A stretch of 64,000 bases of DNA from Dicyema japonicum (lineage: Eukaryota; Animalia; Dicyemida): the NCBI GenBank assembly GCA_011109175.1, contig RDEW01000016.1, positions 357,516 through 421,515 on the forward strand. Direction: 5' to 3'. The notes beneath the pieces were generated by a model. That model did no database searches and had not been told where the DNA came from. It saw nothing but the letters and a program-made list of their open reading frames with translations. Position 1 is the first letter of the stretch. The number at the start of each line of letters is the position of its first letter. Below, piece after piece: positions 49,255 through 62,879 of the stretch. The position numbers and the translations under genes were made by a program.

Positions 49255-50264
49255 TAATTTCCGAAAGGCACTGAATTCCTCCGATTGATCTGCGAACTCT
49301 TGATTGTCGATTGATTGTAAGCTTTCTTAAACAGAGTTCACAGAATTCTTAACTTCTTGAGAATCATAAATTATAGAAGATTCCATGTTCTGGGAAACAG
49401 CCTATTCAAAGTTTCGAGTCATTGTGCGACGAGTAAATCGTAATTTAAGTTAGTTTCGTCACTTTTAAGTTCGATCATAATGCAATATCTGACTTGGATA
49501 AAACATTTCAATATAGTTCTTATAAATGCAATTTTAATTGACACTGACAATTTATTTTATATCTTTCATATTTGACCATGTGGTGTCATGCGGCGACTTG
49601 ATGAAAGATTTCTCTTCCTTATATTACAAAATAAAGAGTAATCTTACAGTTAATTGATCACAAATTTGTCTGATTTCTTTATTAAACAGAAAACTTATTA
49701 AATCACAACTTGCTTAAAATAGTAGAATTATCAAATAATATTTGAAATTCACATAAAAGAGGATTAGCATATCTAAATGCAATATGATGTAATCATCTTG
49801 ATTTTTTACAAGAACAAACTCAACCTCTATACTCAGAGACTTGTCCACATTGTCCATATTGCTTATTCGAATAGACACTTTCTGTTAAACAATATTTTAG
49901 AGAATTGAATAAATCGATCCTAACTTTAGCTACATTATTCCGAACGAGAAAGCTTTAAAATTTTGGCTTTTTTTTAATTTGTGGAGGTGCCAACGTGTTA
50001 TTTAACGTATTTTCTCTCCATTAGTGCCATTTATGAAAAATTCCGTAATGCAAAAAATTCGATTGTAGATGCTTAGACAGGTGTAAAATTTTTTATTTTA
50101 GATTACAGAAAACCCTAATAAAATTAACTGTTAACCACTAAATAAGTGTACCCAGGTCCCATTTTCACAGAAATAGAACCTACTAATATCAGAGATAAGT
50201 CCATCCAAAACCAATAGAAAAAGGACATATTCGTGTCGACATTTTCTAACAAGTTGGATATTTT

Positions 50265-51100
50265 CTAGCAATACTTTTTACGGGTATTGTCTGAAGCACA
50301 TAGAGCCAACACGGCCAAGGTCATACTCCGCGTACTAGTTACTAGTGCTCCAGAGATTTCAAAGTGTCGCACTAGAGTGAGAAGTGACACTACTAGTCTG
50401 TGATCATCATCCCACTGTACGTAAAGGAGTCTCGAGCAGCCCCTCAGTGTTTGCCTGTATAGTATAAAGTCGATTTGGTTAAATATATAATTCCCTAGGA
50501 GTCTCTTCTCTGCCCTGTCTACATCGTAATATGTCGCGTGCATGTCGGAACGCCGTGTTACAAAGGAATAGTCCAATGACTCTACAAATGTATAAGAGCC
50601 TCCGCGTAAAGATTTTTGATCCCTCGAGAGTGGCTGCCCAGGGAATATGATTTATCTCGCTTTTTACCCACTTTTGAATTCTAGTCTCCCGGTATAAAGA
50701 ACATGTAGGAGGTGGATAGGGACAAGTTAGCCGATGATAAAACGAATAGAAATTGTCAAGTTCCTCTGCGTTGGCAGATACTTTCACTGTGGTTGGTGCA
50801 TATACATTGATAATCGATAGAGTAGTACTACGGTTGTTTCCAGGGCGAAGTTGGAGGATGGCAATTCTGTCGTTAATAGACACAGCTGTGTCTACCCGAA
50901 TAGAAAACCCCATCCACTAATGTCGGCAGTCTGACGTCAACTGGAGCAGTCGATACCAGTTCATTGTTTCATCCAGACCATTGGGACTTTGTTCTCCTGG
51001 AGACAGCATACAGATATTCCGCATCGTTGGAAGTCCGCACATAGGTGTTGTCTTTTTACGTATGATGCTAGACGTTTTGCATTGAATGATCCAATAAAAA
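50265..51100 (-). mobile_element. RTE APE remnant
   Basis: NDRIAILQL, INVYAPT, LCNTAFRHA, NQIDFIL, DDHRLVV. Confidence 0.8.
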
Positions 51101-51999
51101 ATAGGGAAGATTGAGTACATGAAGAAGACATTATAGACTTGGAATATCGACAATTTCACCAAACTTTAAATTTCAAAAGTAAATGAGTCAAAAATTATTG
51201 ATTCTCAATTAACAGTCTTCCTTATAGCTTCCACGTGCCTAGAATGCTTTTGGAATTTACAGTCCTCTTTGAGAGCTTCCGTTTTTCTGAAAATACTTGT
51301 GCTATGACTATTCTAATTTTATAGTCTCCACGTCTAGTACTAAAAAAGTGAAGACCACATCCAGTCATAACAGTTGTGAACCCCTACAATAAAGTAGAAA
51401 AAAGCTAATGATACCTTCCATACCATCTGGTATTTGGACGCAGCAGATACAGGTGGAACACATAACACCATTATAGTGGAATGAGAAAAGATAAGGAACA
51501 GAGAAAACTGAAAAGAACGATTTTAGCATATAACCAGTGAGGGATTCTAACCATGTAAAAAATTTAATTTATCCACTCCAATAAATTAAAGTAAAAAATG
51601 GGGGATATTTCAAATAATAAGGTGCATCCTTTAAGAGTTTAGATTCAGCTTTTTTTAAATTTATTAGTGATTCTCAAAAAATGACCGTTTTATTTATGTG
51701 GTTACGCCCAATAAATAAGCATTCCTCTGTTCGAACTAAATTTTAAATATAGTTGGCGGTTAAAACATAAAAAGTTCGCTAACCTCATTTTTCATAGTAT
51801 TTTTACAACTTCAAACTAAAACAGAGAATCTGTATGAAAACTGTTTTCGTACAAAATCAAAAATAAATAAACATATTTCATAACTACTCACAGTACTATC
51901 ATTCTAACAAATATTTTCTCCATATCTCCTACATAACCAGCTTCCTCAATGCCACAATTCATGATTTAACATCAAAATCAAAGACAAGTATTTTTTATT

Positions 52000-52570
52000 A
52001 GATTGTAGACAAATGTTTTATTCAAAATTAATATATTCAAAATCTGTAGCACCTCCCATCGTACGTTCAGCATCTAAAGATGCCATAATGACACATTACG
52101 TAACATTTCGATAATATTAATGATTCAATGATTACACAATATTCTACGACAAAGATTTTCTTTAATGGCAGTTAATTCATACATTTTTCCAATCATACGA
52201 TAATTAGAATATTGTGATAAATTTACAGTATTATTCTAGTCTAGCCATAAGGAAAACTTGACTATTTGGTTAATCTGAGAAGCGTGAAAGTCCTGAAAAA
52301 CATCGAGTTCGCGACATTATCTTATTATCAAGATACAACTATCCATACGTGCAGCTTCTGAAAGATTAATTTCAGGCCTGGATCCTGCATGCAATCACGT
52401 ATTCTTTGTTCAGAACTTCAGGTTTCCAATATCTCCTGAATCCGTCATGTCGTCCATGGTCACAAAGTAGGAAGACAAGGTTGTAATCCATCATAAGCTA
52501 AGTAGACATTTTGTGAAATTGAGGAACATCACCACCTCAATCCCTCGATCAATTAACAACTGTTAACATT
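52000..52570 (-). pseudogene. Possible degenerate farnesyl/isoprenyl diphosphate synthase
   Basis: DRGIEVV resembles NRGLTVV, and W..LSSYFVTMDDMTDS resembles W..LQAFFLVADDIMDS. Weak, with many stops. Confidence 0.3.
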
Positions 52571-53699
52571 TTTGGAAAATAAAGTCTTCACGAAATCAGA
52601 AGTGCGATCGTAGCTGGAATGATTGAAAAAAACCGGTGGCTAACAAATACGCTAAAGCCAAAATAGACGCTCCTCACGCTCCCAGAGCTGGAATGATAGA
52701 CTCTCGCGACCTGCTAGTGTTTCCACAGCGTCTAATAAATTTATTATTTGTTTTAAAGCCCCAAGACCACCAAGAAAGTATTAACTCGCAAAATTATGTG
52801 ATCCCAGCCGCCAACATCTCTCGAATTCTTTTCGACAGCTCAGTCAATAAACCAACAACGTTCCTGAAGTGTCTCTTATTTCTGCAGAGGATTTCTATCG
52901 GAGTGCACTTTTTTAATGCCGATCTGAATTCCTCCTCATGAACCACCCTCTCTCTGAATGAGTTTCTCAGCTCATTGAACATACGTTGGAAGCCATTGCC
53001 ATTTCTAACCGTCGTCTACTCTGAAAGGAGACTGGGGATGGATGTGGAGTCATAATTCAAATGCCTCATGATCTTATGTCTAAGAGAGTCTATACACTCG
53101 ACCCTCGTAGAAGGAATAGCGAATCTCTGTCAAGTCATTCAATTAATTTCAAAAATTTAGAAAACTGTAAGAAATTAAAAAAAATTATTTGATGATCATA
53201 TGAAACTTATAAATTACTTCATGTCTTCGAGCAAATGTCTGAGCTATTAACAGAGGGAAAACGAAAGAGAACTCAGCCACACCTATCTCGACTTAGCGAA
53301 CTTATGATTTAAGCTTCAGCCAAGAGCAGCCTCGTCAGGAGAAACACGAGAATCATTGGAAATCAATTCTGGTGTTAATAAACAGCAAAATCTGCCAGGT
53401 TCCTCTAAATCTCCACCAAAATAACACTCCATCAAATTTGCATTACAAACGAGTGTTTGCTTGTTCATCCCCCAAGAATGATCATCGCAGTATTGATAGT
53501 CTTCATGGAAAGTAAGTTAATCTTTCGAAGTCTTCAATAATGTCAAGTTTGAGTCCAGGACGACCAAAAGAGTAGACAAACAGCATTTCTCCAATAGAAC
53601 CGTCAGTTAAAGCGGGACAGAAAACCGGGATATCGTTCTACAAAATATTTAAGTCAAATTTCTTTGTTAGCCCGATAATATATGTAACTTTCGTTATTA

Positions 53700-53990
53700 A
53701 TCTCCTTTCATAGTCTCTGACCTATCTTGGAAGTAGTCCATTTGTATTCTGAAAGGTTATTACATATGTTTACATATTTTTGATGTTCCTGTAATAGTAG
53801 GATAAAAATAGAAATAATCCAAGTCTCCAATGCACAATAATTGTTATTCGGAAATTTCTTAGCCAACTGATTCTCTTTTGCGTGGAACATTGAAGGCTTA
53901 GTGTGTGTCCATCTTCCTCGCAAATGCGGAGAATTCCGGAACCACATCTACGAGTTGTAGATTCCGTCATCAGGAAAGGTATTTTTGTTC
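53700..53990 (-). mobile_element. Ingi/Vingi-like 3' fragment
   Basis: Similar to 5330-5400 (GSGILRICEEDG versus GSGFLRVCEEDG). Confidence 0.45.
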
Positions 53991-55084
53991 CACATTGTGG
54001 TCCCAGGATACGTGTTGTTTTCCTTATGCAGTAAGTTTAGTTTTTTGATAGTGGCCTCTGATAACGCGAATCTCCAAGCAGCAGAGGCATATTCATCGAA
54101 AAATCATTTCATTTTGAGGTTAAACTGTAGAACGTATTTTCAGCAAAATCATTTTATTTGTTTGAAATAAAATTGAAATAAAATAAAATTAATATTTAAA
54201 AAATAATATATAATAGGGGTATTTACAATTGATGATGCCTGACTATGAGCTTAAGCAACTCGTTTACGCTAGCAACTTCCATGGTGCCATTAATGTGCTT
54301 ACTGCTGATAAAACCGGAACTTATTGTGGTATTGAAGGTCGCAAAGTTGTTAAAGATATTCATTTCAGTACTTCAGTCTACATGGTAAACTCTTGTTCAG
54401 GCAGTGTCTATCAACTGCATAATCTGTTACGACCTTTCACTGAACGGGAGGGGGGGTCACTGAGAATATCACTGACATTAGTTGGAACAAACAGAGTGGT
54501 AGTTAGAAGTTTACCACTTTAGTCAACGTATTGTTTTCACTAGTGATTCAGGAAATGCGTTTTACTGGGACATCAACAGGAAAAAAATCCTGTTACCTTG
54601 TACAGGTTCTCTTGAGTTATGACGACTAGTGGACAAAAAGACAAATAAGGATGAACTAGTCACGTACATAACGTTTGATCCACTCAGCAAACATAACCTA
54701 TAGATGGCCTACCAAAAAGGAGCGGTTAAAATATTGGTTGAAGTATTTGTGACTTAAAGGACAAACGAGTCCAGAGATTTTTCCAAAAGGAGCTATCAAT
54801 CTCTGATGTTAGATTCTCCAAACATTCAGGGTCATCCTTAAGCCACAATATCAAAGTGTTAACAGAAATGTCCAGCATACTTTGTGTCCTAAAACACTAC
54901 ATTGCACAATCTATCTTGTAATTTCTAGTCGAGCCTTGAGCCAAAAGCAATTACTTCACAAAAGTATGGTTTAGGAGACCACTAAAGGTATTGTTATAAA
55001 TACCAGTGGTTGATAATTTACGTGGCCACTCTATTCCTAGTAAGTTTCTTAGTTGCATTCTATTGAACGAATCCAGTTTCGATA

Positions 55085-56239
55085 CAGTCCGACCTCGTTT
55101 CGGGGGACACCCCGGCGGTGGGACAACCCCGCATTTCGGAGCATATTTCATTTGGAGTCGATTTTCCAGCATTAATTTCCAAATTTGAAAATTTTCTGGA
55201 GCCCCAAACCGTGACACCAACATCAAAAAGATACATATTATTTGATCACAAAGTATTTGAAGTTATCCAAAATCTCAGAGAACACAATTTTCCAATATCA
55301 GGGCCAATCATTGAAAAAATAGTCTTGGGAAATAAAATAAACCTCGCTGTTTTAAAAATTTCGATGTTAAAAAATTTGTATTTTATATTCAGCTTCCAAA
55401 AGTGCATGGATGACTGGGAACATTTTTAAAAGCTGGTTATGCAGCAAAATGAGAAATTGGTTACTCAACAAAGAAAAATATTATTATTACTTGATAATGC
55501 AGGATGTCATAAAACTATTGAATGCCCAATATCTAATTCTTCTTTTGCCTAAAAATAAGACACCTTATAAACAGCCATTAGATATGGGGATAATAAATAT
55601 ATTTAAAAACGATTACTCCATTTTCTTAATCGAATTTTTATCTCTTCAGGGCATCGAAAGTTCTCTTAAAAACGTCTTTTAAAACTATACCTTCGTCAGG
55701 TTGTAATGCTGGTTTCAAAAAGTTGGAATGAAGTAACAGAATTTTCAATCACAGATTGTTGAAAACAAATTGAAAAATCGTAATGTCTTAAATATTGATG
55801 ATCGCCTAACTAGTAAAATAATGACCGAAGCAGTAAATGAAATATTAACCGAGGATGATGATGAAGAAACTATTGAATGCGACATTTCTATATATAATAG
55901 AGATATAGCTGAAAACGAGGATGTGACAGAGAAACAAATTCTAGAAACTTTGAATACTCTGGAACAGAACATTTCCTGCATAACACCAAAGTCATTAAAA
56001 AAAATTCTACAGTAATGAGAAACATCCGAAATGGTTACAAAATTGGAGGAAAAATAACCGATTACTTCGTTAAAGAGCGACTTAATAGACATTATTAATC
56101 ATAAAATAAAATCTTTTACCTTTTTTTACATTTATATGGTTCAAAATAAAAGATTTTAGAATGGAAAAATCAATAACCACTGTTTTCGGGGCACCCCCGC
56201 TTTTCTAGGCACAAAGTGCCCCAAATCGGGGTTACACGG
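55085..56239 (+). mobile_element. pogo/Tigger DNA transposon, internally deleted
   Basis: TA-flanked imperfect TIRs (CAGTCCGACCTCGTTTCGGGG / CCCCAAATCGGGGTTACACGG); CENP-B-like NFPISGPII; DDE_1-like LLPKN..QPLDMGIINIFK. Confidence 0.85.
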
Positions 56240-56249
56240 TAGTTGTTGA

Positions 56250-56500
56250 AGGAACTTCCCCAGGTCCAAGCGTTGTACAGTAGGAGCGGTTTCACAAAGG
56301 CGTTGTATAGCCTTATCTCATGTCAATTCCATGTCCATGGGCTCTTAACCATCCTTTCCTCAGTTTAGCCATTGCCGCATTTCCTAGTGTTTTCCTCCTT
56401 AGTACATCTTCAACATCTCTTAGTAGAGAGTCTAGCTTATTAGTACATTTCCATTATTCATGAGTAACATCGTCTTCTCTTTTTTATTTCAGTAATTTCA
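56250..56500 (-). mobile_element. RTE RT fragment abutting the Tigger TIR
   Basis: EDVLRRKTLGNAAMAKL resembles EDILRKKTLANAALYKL. Confidence 0.6.
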
Positions 56501-56689
56501 GTTTTGTTTACATTGAACCGATTGGCTTGGACAGAGGCAATTAATTCTCAGAAGCGATTTTGAAAATACAGATTTTTTTCTAGTTGATTTCATGCAACAA
56601 AATCAACAAAATATGAAAATTTTTTAGTTAAAAATTAATTACTCAAATAATAATTGTTTTAAATAATTTAAAAAATAATTTTCGTACTT

Positions 56690-57684
56690 AACGTTTCTCT
56701 TGATACCCCTGGATGGATACAGACTCAATTACCGATATCATTGGGTGGAATCGGTCTTACTACTCCCTGCCAAATTGCTGGCCCGGCGTATTTTGCCTCA
56801 AAACTTTCATGCAAAAACCAAGTGGACTCAATTCTTTCAAAGCTTCCATCTCGGAAACTGTCCAATGACTTGGTTGAATACATGGACGTGTGGCGAAGTG
56901 AAGGGCTTACGAGCCGCGTAACCCAGACCGACAATCGTCTTGGATGATCCATAGATGGAATGCTCTGGCATCCAACCTAGTCAGCCGGCTCTCTGGACAT
57001 CGCCTGGATTGTTTCCAAAATTCGAGGGAGGCGGTTGATGGATCTTGGCTTGGGGTTTACCCATGTCAAGAAGTTGGTGGATTGTTGGATGATGACTCAC
57101 TTCGTACAGCTGTATGTCTACACCTCGGATTGCCTGTTTGCACCAAATCGAAGTGCAAATGTGGCTGTCTATCGGACGAACTGGGTCTCCACCTCCTCTC
57201 ATGCCGGAGCGGAATCGGCAGATCTTCTCGACATTCGGCAATGAACGGCATCATTAAGAGGGCATTAGAATCGGCTGGATTCCGTTGCCGGATCGAACCG
57301 ACTGGTCTATTTGACAACGGAAGACGCCCTGACGGCATGACCTCCTTTCCTTTTGAGCGAGGGCGAAACCTTGTATGGGATGTGACCTGTGTCTGCTCTT
57401 TCGCCCCCAGCAAAAAAAATTATTCACCGGGCAGACCTTCTTCTCAAGCAGAGGAAGTAAAAAATGCTAAATACTCGGATATCAGCGACAGGTACATTTT
57501 CGCACCTGTCGCGATTGAAACTTCGGGGAACTTTGGCCCTAAAACGCTGAAGTTCCTGAACCATTTGGGAAAACTACTAACTGACAAAACTGGTGATCTT
57601 CGTGAGACGAGATGGCTCAAGGAGAGGCTCTCGTTGGCTGTTGTCCGTGGGAATAGCTTGTGCATCTCCCAACAGCTGAATTAA
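56690..57684 (+). mobile_element. CRE-clade element, C-terminal zinc finger and RLE domain, 5'-truncated
   Basis: LPISLGGIGL, CKCG...HLLSC, RHSAMN, EPTGL..RRPDG, WDVTCV, K..KY, PVAIETSG, LSLAVVRGNS; A-rich tail. Confidence 0.9.
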
Positions 57685-58399
57685 AATTAACTATTCTTTT
57701 TCCTTTTCCTTATAAAAAAAATAAAAAAATATTTAAAAAATAATGCGTCCAACTTTTTGGTGAGACGTGATAAAAAATAAGTGGTCCGATTTTATTAAAG
57801 CGGATAAATTTTCCGCAAATTTCAAGCACTCTGCTGATTTCACAGCTTGCAGTAGCCATTAAATCGGGCGCATTTATTGCTGTCGAGGTGCACATGCGGC
57901 CCGCAGATCGCATGTTTGACACCTCTGGTTTATATCGATGAAAACCCTGATCTCTTCTCTCGGACAATTATTCAGTTGTGCGTTACTAAAATACTCAAAC
58001 CTTTACTGATTTTCTTCATTCTACGAGAAAAGGTTTATTAAGTTTATAAAGAATGAACTAATATGCATCTTTGATTATTGAGGATGCATTACATCTCACC
58101 TAAATATTTTTAGTTTTTGTTATTCGCATTATTCAAAATATTGTGATTTATAAATTAACGAAGAACATAACTATCGTGGAAGTGCTCATTGCTAACCATG
58201 AATGGAAAAACAATGGAATTGATAATATACAAAAAAACGATTTTTTCGTAAACAAATAACCTACATCAAACAAGATAGATCAAGAGCATGTTTGGCAGCC
58301 GAGTAACACAAGAATCAAAAAGAGCAAAATACTCTGGCCTATCCGAAAATATTATCTTCTATCCCTTCTCAGGTAAACGTACGGTTCAATTTCGTCCTC

Positions 58400-58765
58400 A
58401 ACAATCGAATTACTGATTTCGACATCAACTACCAAAAACATAATGACTATTTGAAAGAATCTTAATCGTAGACCTGAAAAGGAATATTTACTCAGTTATG
58501 GCGTTTCCGTATAGTCCTTAATGAACAATTAAGTCAATTGGAGGTCCATGTTATTCCGTGCGTGATGACATGGAATTATATCGGGACAAAAATTAAACCC
58601 GTTGTATTTGAGGCTGTTGGAAGTAAATTATATACACTAATAACTGTTGTCAGGAGAATTCTTGATATCATGTATATAACGCACGTTACTATGCAAAATA
58701 CAATGCAAGTGGATAATGGTAAAAAGTTGAAGAATCTCTTTAGTGACGGAAACAGACACACGTGA
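58400..58765 (+). mobile_element. Degenerate R4-like C-terminal remnant
   Basis: VHVIPCVMTW resembles VKILPIVLTW. Confidence 0.4.
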
Positions 58766-58944
58766 GAACAAATTTAATTAGTTGAATAGTTAAATCTTAT
58801 ATTAAGAGTTTGACCTAGAAGTAATTAACAATTTTAATATTTTTGAGATAATTTCTGATCCGGATAAAATAAGGTGAAGTGATAAATTGTTAAACACAAA
58901 GCTATGTAAAGAAAATTTTCTAAGACTACAATGAGACTGTATTA

Positions 58945-59085
58945 TTTCTTGCGCGAACTCGGAGGAATGATTGCCAGAAAGAAATGAGATAAACGAGAAG
59001 GGTTATGGCTGAGACAAAAGATTGGAATGACCATACTCCGAGGGAACTCGTTTCTATCCACGCAGCCGGCTTCTTCAACTAACAT
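58945..59085 (+). mobile_element. CRE-clade 3' fragment
   Basis: FLRELGGMIA...REGLWLRQKIGMTILRGNS. Confidence 0.65.
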
Positions 59086-59187
59086 TGTTAAAATAAAATA
59101 AAAATTAATAAATTTATTAAATTTGAAATTAAATTTTTATTTAAATATAAATAATTTTGATTCATAATTAGAACAATTGCTGTGAGA

Positions 59188-60018
59188 ATGCTCCGATTAC
59201 TAGGTTTATATAATTAATTGATAATAGTTATATATACGTGTATAGTAAGCAATGCTATAGTGATGTGGAATAATAATACTTTTGAAATGCTACGTAATAA
59301 TGTACCTATTTGGGGTGTGATCAATAAAAACCGAGTTGTATCGTTATTTAGTGGAATAATTGAAGTTGAATATAAAATTAATAATACTGTAATCACTGTT
59401 TATTTAATAAAAGATTAAATATGAAAATTTAAATGACGCATTTTTTGACTTTAGGTTACTTGAACATGGTAAGCTTAAATGGAAAAAAAATGATATAGAA
59501 TTCACAATATCATTTTCCAGTGTTTCTAATATTATGTATGTTTCCTGGGGATTAACATTGATTTCCATTCATAGAGGTATGTTTACTCCAAGTTCGAATA
59601 TTTCAACTAGCGGTTATTATAACTGCAGTGAAATAATTGTATCTATTCCTAAGAAGGAACAATAAATATAAAAGATATGAAAATGCAACTCATAAAAAAG
59701 ATAATTATACAATATTTACTGGAAATGGTAATTTTAATAACTAATTTAGCACTCGGATGTGATTTTGAAAGAAATTTGCAATCCAAATCAACATCCAATT
59801 TGAATAAAAAATTAAATAAAACTACAACTCACAATTATATAAGAAATGCAATAAAAACTCTTGCAAAAAGTAATATTAAGTTAAATTTAGAAAACCGATA
59901 TATATTAGCTGATTGTGTAATTGGTGGAATTGTTGTAATATTTGCTGTGGCTTACATTATAAAATATAAACGAAGAACACGTTATTATCCATTACAGATT
60001 GGCGTATTTAATTACTAA
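59188..60018 (+). CDS. Uncharacterised type I membrane glycoprotein-like gene with micro-introns (gene model incomplete)
   Basis: Removing GT-AG introns 59204-59227 and 59389-59413 gives MLRLLVIYTCIVSNA (signal-like) followed by an open ectodomain. The last exon encodes CVIGGIVVIFAVAYII-KYKRR (TM plus basic stop-transfer). The middle exon junction is unresolved. Confidence 0.55.
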
Positions 60019-62810
60019 TATTATTATATTATAATAATAACTTGAGATTATTTCATATTTAGGATTATATATTTTGAAATAGTTAGTTTGCTAGAGATGG
60101 ATGCGGTGATGAATCTCTAACGTTTGAAACGTGCTAATCACCTATGATCTCTGATATATTTTTTATCTTGCCCAACATGGAGTGATTGTTTATTTTTTTA
60201 TAATTATGAATTTGTATATCACATAATTTATTGATATTAAAGACTTTTCACTTTACTTACTTATTCTAATCGGATTAATTATTTGGATTTGTTGTAGTCT
60301 TCCTTGTAAGTTCTCAATTTGATTGATGATTTGATATTGCGAGAATATTAATCGCACATCTAAACAGTCACATTTTTTCTATTTTAATTACTAAATTATC
60401 TAAAATTTCAAAATCGTTAGATTAACAAAAACTTATATGAATTCGATAATTTAAGGGTAACCGGGATCACCAGGTTCTTTAACGTATCTGCTAGTAAAAT
60501 GCCAGTAAACCCATTGTAACATGTAGAAAAATATGAGAAAAATTATTTTCGACCACTTTAGAGATTTTTCCTCTGTCAATGTCATTTATGAAAATTTAGA
60601 ATTTCATTGTAAAGTTCTCCTATAGAGTATGTCTGGCTTTATAGAGGTATGAACTCTCAGCGTCTTCTATGGGCAAATCAGCTACGTATACCAGAAGACT
60701 ACGCCTTTTAAAGAGATTACAAATCTTAACCTCTTAACTCCACTGTTGAAGTCGTCAATGCGAAGAAATGTTGGCGGATTTTTCCGATTCTGCCAATAAC
60801 AAGCGAGTCGATAAAGGGAACAGGATTTGATAGAATTGAATTTTTCGACCTATTTTAATCTGTGAACAAGACCATGTGGTCGCTTTTGCCAAATAGATCA
60901 TAAAGACTGTAAAATATTTTTATAGATGAGCTACCGTCAAATAATGAGATCTAAAGTTAAATTTTCTTTGACAGAGGACCGTAATATGTCCACATTTTTT
61001 CCAAGAGAGTAAAGAATCCAGTTAACTCCCAATATATCATATTATTAGAGCAGAGTATTTATTTTTCATTATTATCCAGAGTAATGCATAATTTGTCATG
61101 TACTTTAGTTAAAGATGCTTATCGGGTGCAACAAGAATGCTTTTTCCATAAAACATTTTTATATTTAAATGCGACAACGTTTTCATTTTTGAATTTGGTT
61201 GCATATATAAGATACTTTCAGACATGAATTCAATTCATTCGTTTATCAGTTGCCAATGTCTATTTAAAGTCACCTGCTCATAGTAATCGCTTCAAAAGTC
61301 GAAATGGGCTAGGCATCAACTCTCCGAGTGACAAGTTGATGCAAATTCGCCATAATCTAACTGGCATCAACTCGTCGCAAATTTTTGATTATATATGGAA
61401 ATGTCACGTATTCTTCATATTAGTGATTTGTTTAATTTTCATTTTAATTGTGGCAAGTTGATGCTCTTTTGACTACGATTCGATTTAATTGTGGCGATAG
61501 AATAAGGGAAAAAATAAGATTTCATATCAAGGATAGATGCAATCATAGCTCAAGTGAACCCTTTTATGGCTACGCAAAAGAGTGATTAACTATTAAATTA
61601 AATTAAACGTGGCATGTTCTGAGGCCCTCAGGGTGCATGTAGTGCAAATCGAAGATGACCAGTAGCTACTCTCATCGGTAGAAGGACTCTATGGACGACG
61701 GACATTTTCCCTTCTTAATTCGCATCAGCTGAATGGGATATTAAAAATCCTCACCGGTGAAATAGAACATAGTTCGACCCCTTGCTCTCAATTTTTACAA
61801 GAACAGCAATATAATCAAAAAACAAAATTCTTGAACTGAGTTCTTCATAAACAAGCAAAACTTAAAGATGGCAGACTTACTCTTCCTCACCCACCCTGCA
61901 TTTTCCTGGATACCACCGCATTTGTCTGGAACACTATCACGTTGAGTTCTGGTTGTCCATGGAAGCAAAGAGACCTCGAATTTCTCTTCCATCCAGAGAT
62001 ATACTGCATCAACGCCGTAGAAATGCAAGTCCGATGGCTCTTTGGGAGCATCGATTCTGAAGAAGGTAGTTAAATAGTCAGAAGGTCGAGGTGGTAATGC
62101 ATTCTATTGCATTTATTTCTATATGGCTTCATCATGGATCAAAGCTCTTCTTGGATTCAGGAGACACGTTAAACTCAAAGTTCTTAACTAAATAAACATG
62201 GAAACTATAAAATTTAGAGAAATCTCAGAGAACTTTTAAATTTATATTATATTTAATGGTAATTGTCATCACGAACCCATTGGAAGGGTTCTAAAAATGA
62301 GGGATATAGATGGACGCGATGCTTTGAAAAGATCATTTAATACACATGTTATAGCTTAAATCTCAGTCAGACTGTGATAACTGGATATCATTTAATCTAC
62401 CTATAATAGCAAAAGAGGAACAAGTGGCTACATCAACTTGTAAATAGCAGCAAAAGAAGGAGGGGTTATGTCTACCTCTAATAAGAGGGCATATGCTACT
62501 AATTACTACCTCCATTAATAACAATAACAGATTGTAATTGTGAATTACAGTACAAAAATAAAACACCTAATTCGAACAAAATTATAGACTCCATGGGAAA
62601 CTACCGGAGCGAATTAGATCAATTTGACTAAGTAGAAAACAGTTGAACTTATTTAGATAAGACTCTTAAGATATAAGTTATAACTGATATTGAAATTTTA
62701 ATTTATTTAACCCCAAAACAAAAAAATAGTAAGTCATCCGACTGATTATGTGATCTCGATGCCAAATAAAAATTTGGAATAATTTACAAACTTTAATCAA
62801 AATTTATAAC

Positions 62811-62879
62811 GTGGCGTCAAGCGGTTCACCTGTTGTTGTGGTGGCGCTCAGTGCAAGTTCTGCATGGAAGAGAACCGTT
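62811..62879 (+). ncRNA. HDV-topology pseudoknot, copy E (solo)
   Basis: P1 GGCGTC/GGCGCT, P2 GCGGTTC/GAACCGT, P3 ACC/GGT, P4 GTGCA/TGCAT. Confidence 0.65.

Noticed and set aside
52794-52982. CRE N-terminal region or host gene
   Set aside because: Similarity too weak to assign by eye.
54229-54900. WD40-repeat gene
   Set aside because: Only scattered WD-like fragments with stops; no coherent model could be built.
60560-61000. Protein kinase remnant (VHTSIKPDIL)
   Set aside because: A single motif-like match without the other kinase subdomains in register.
61608-61660. Seventh copy of the HDV-topology fold (GTGGCATG...GCATGTAGTGCA); similar GTGGTGTCATG near 49580
   Set aside because: P2 and P4 partners are missing; resemblance is limited to a few bases.
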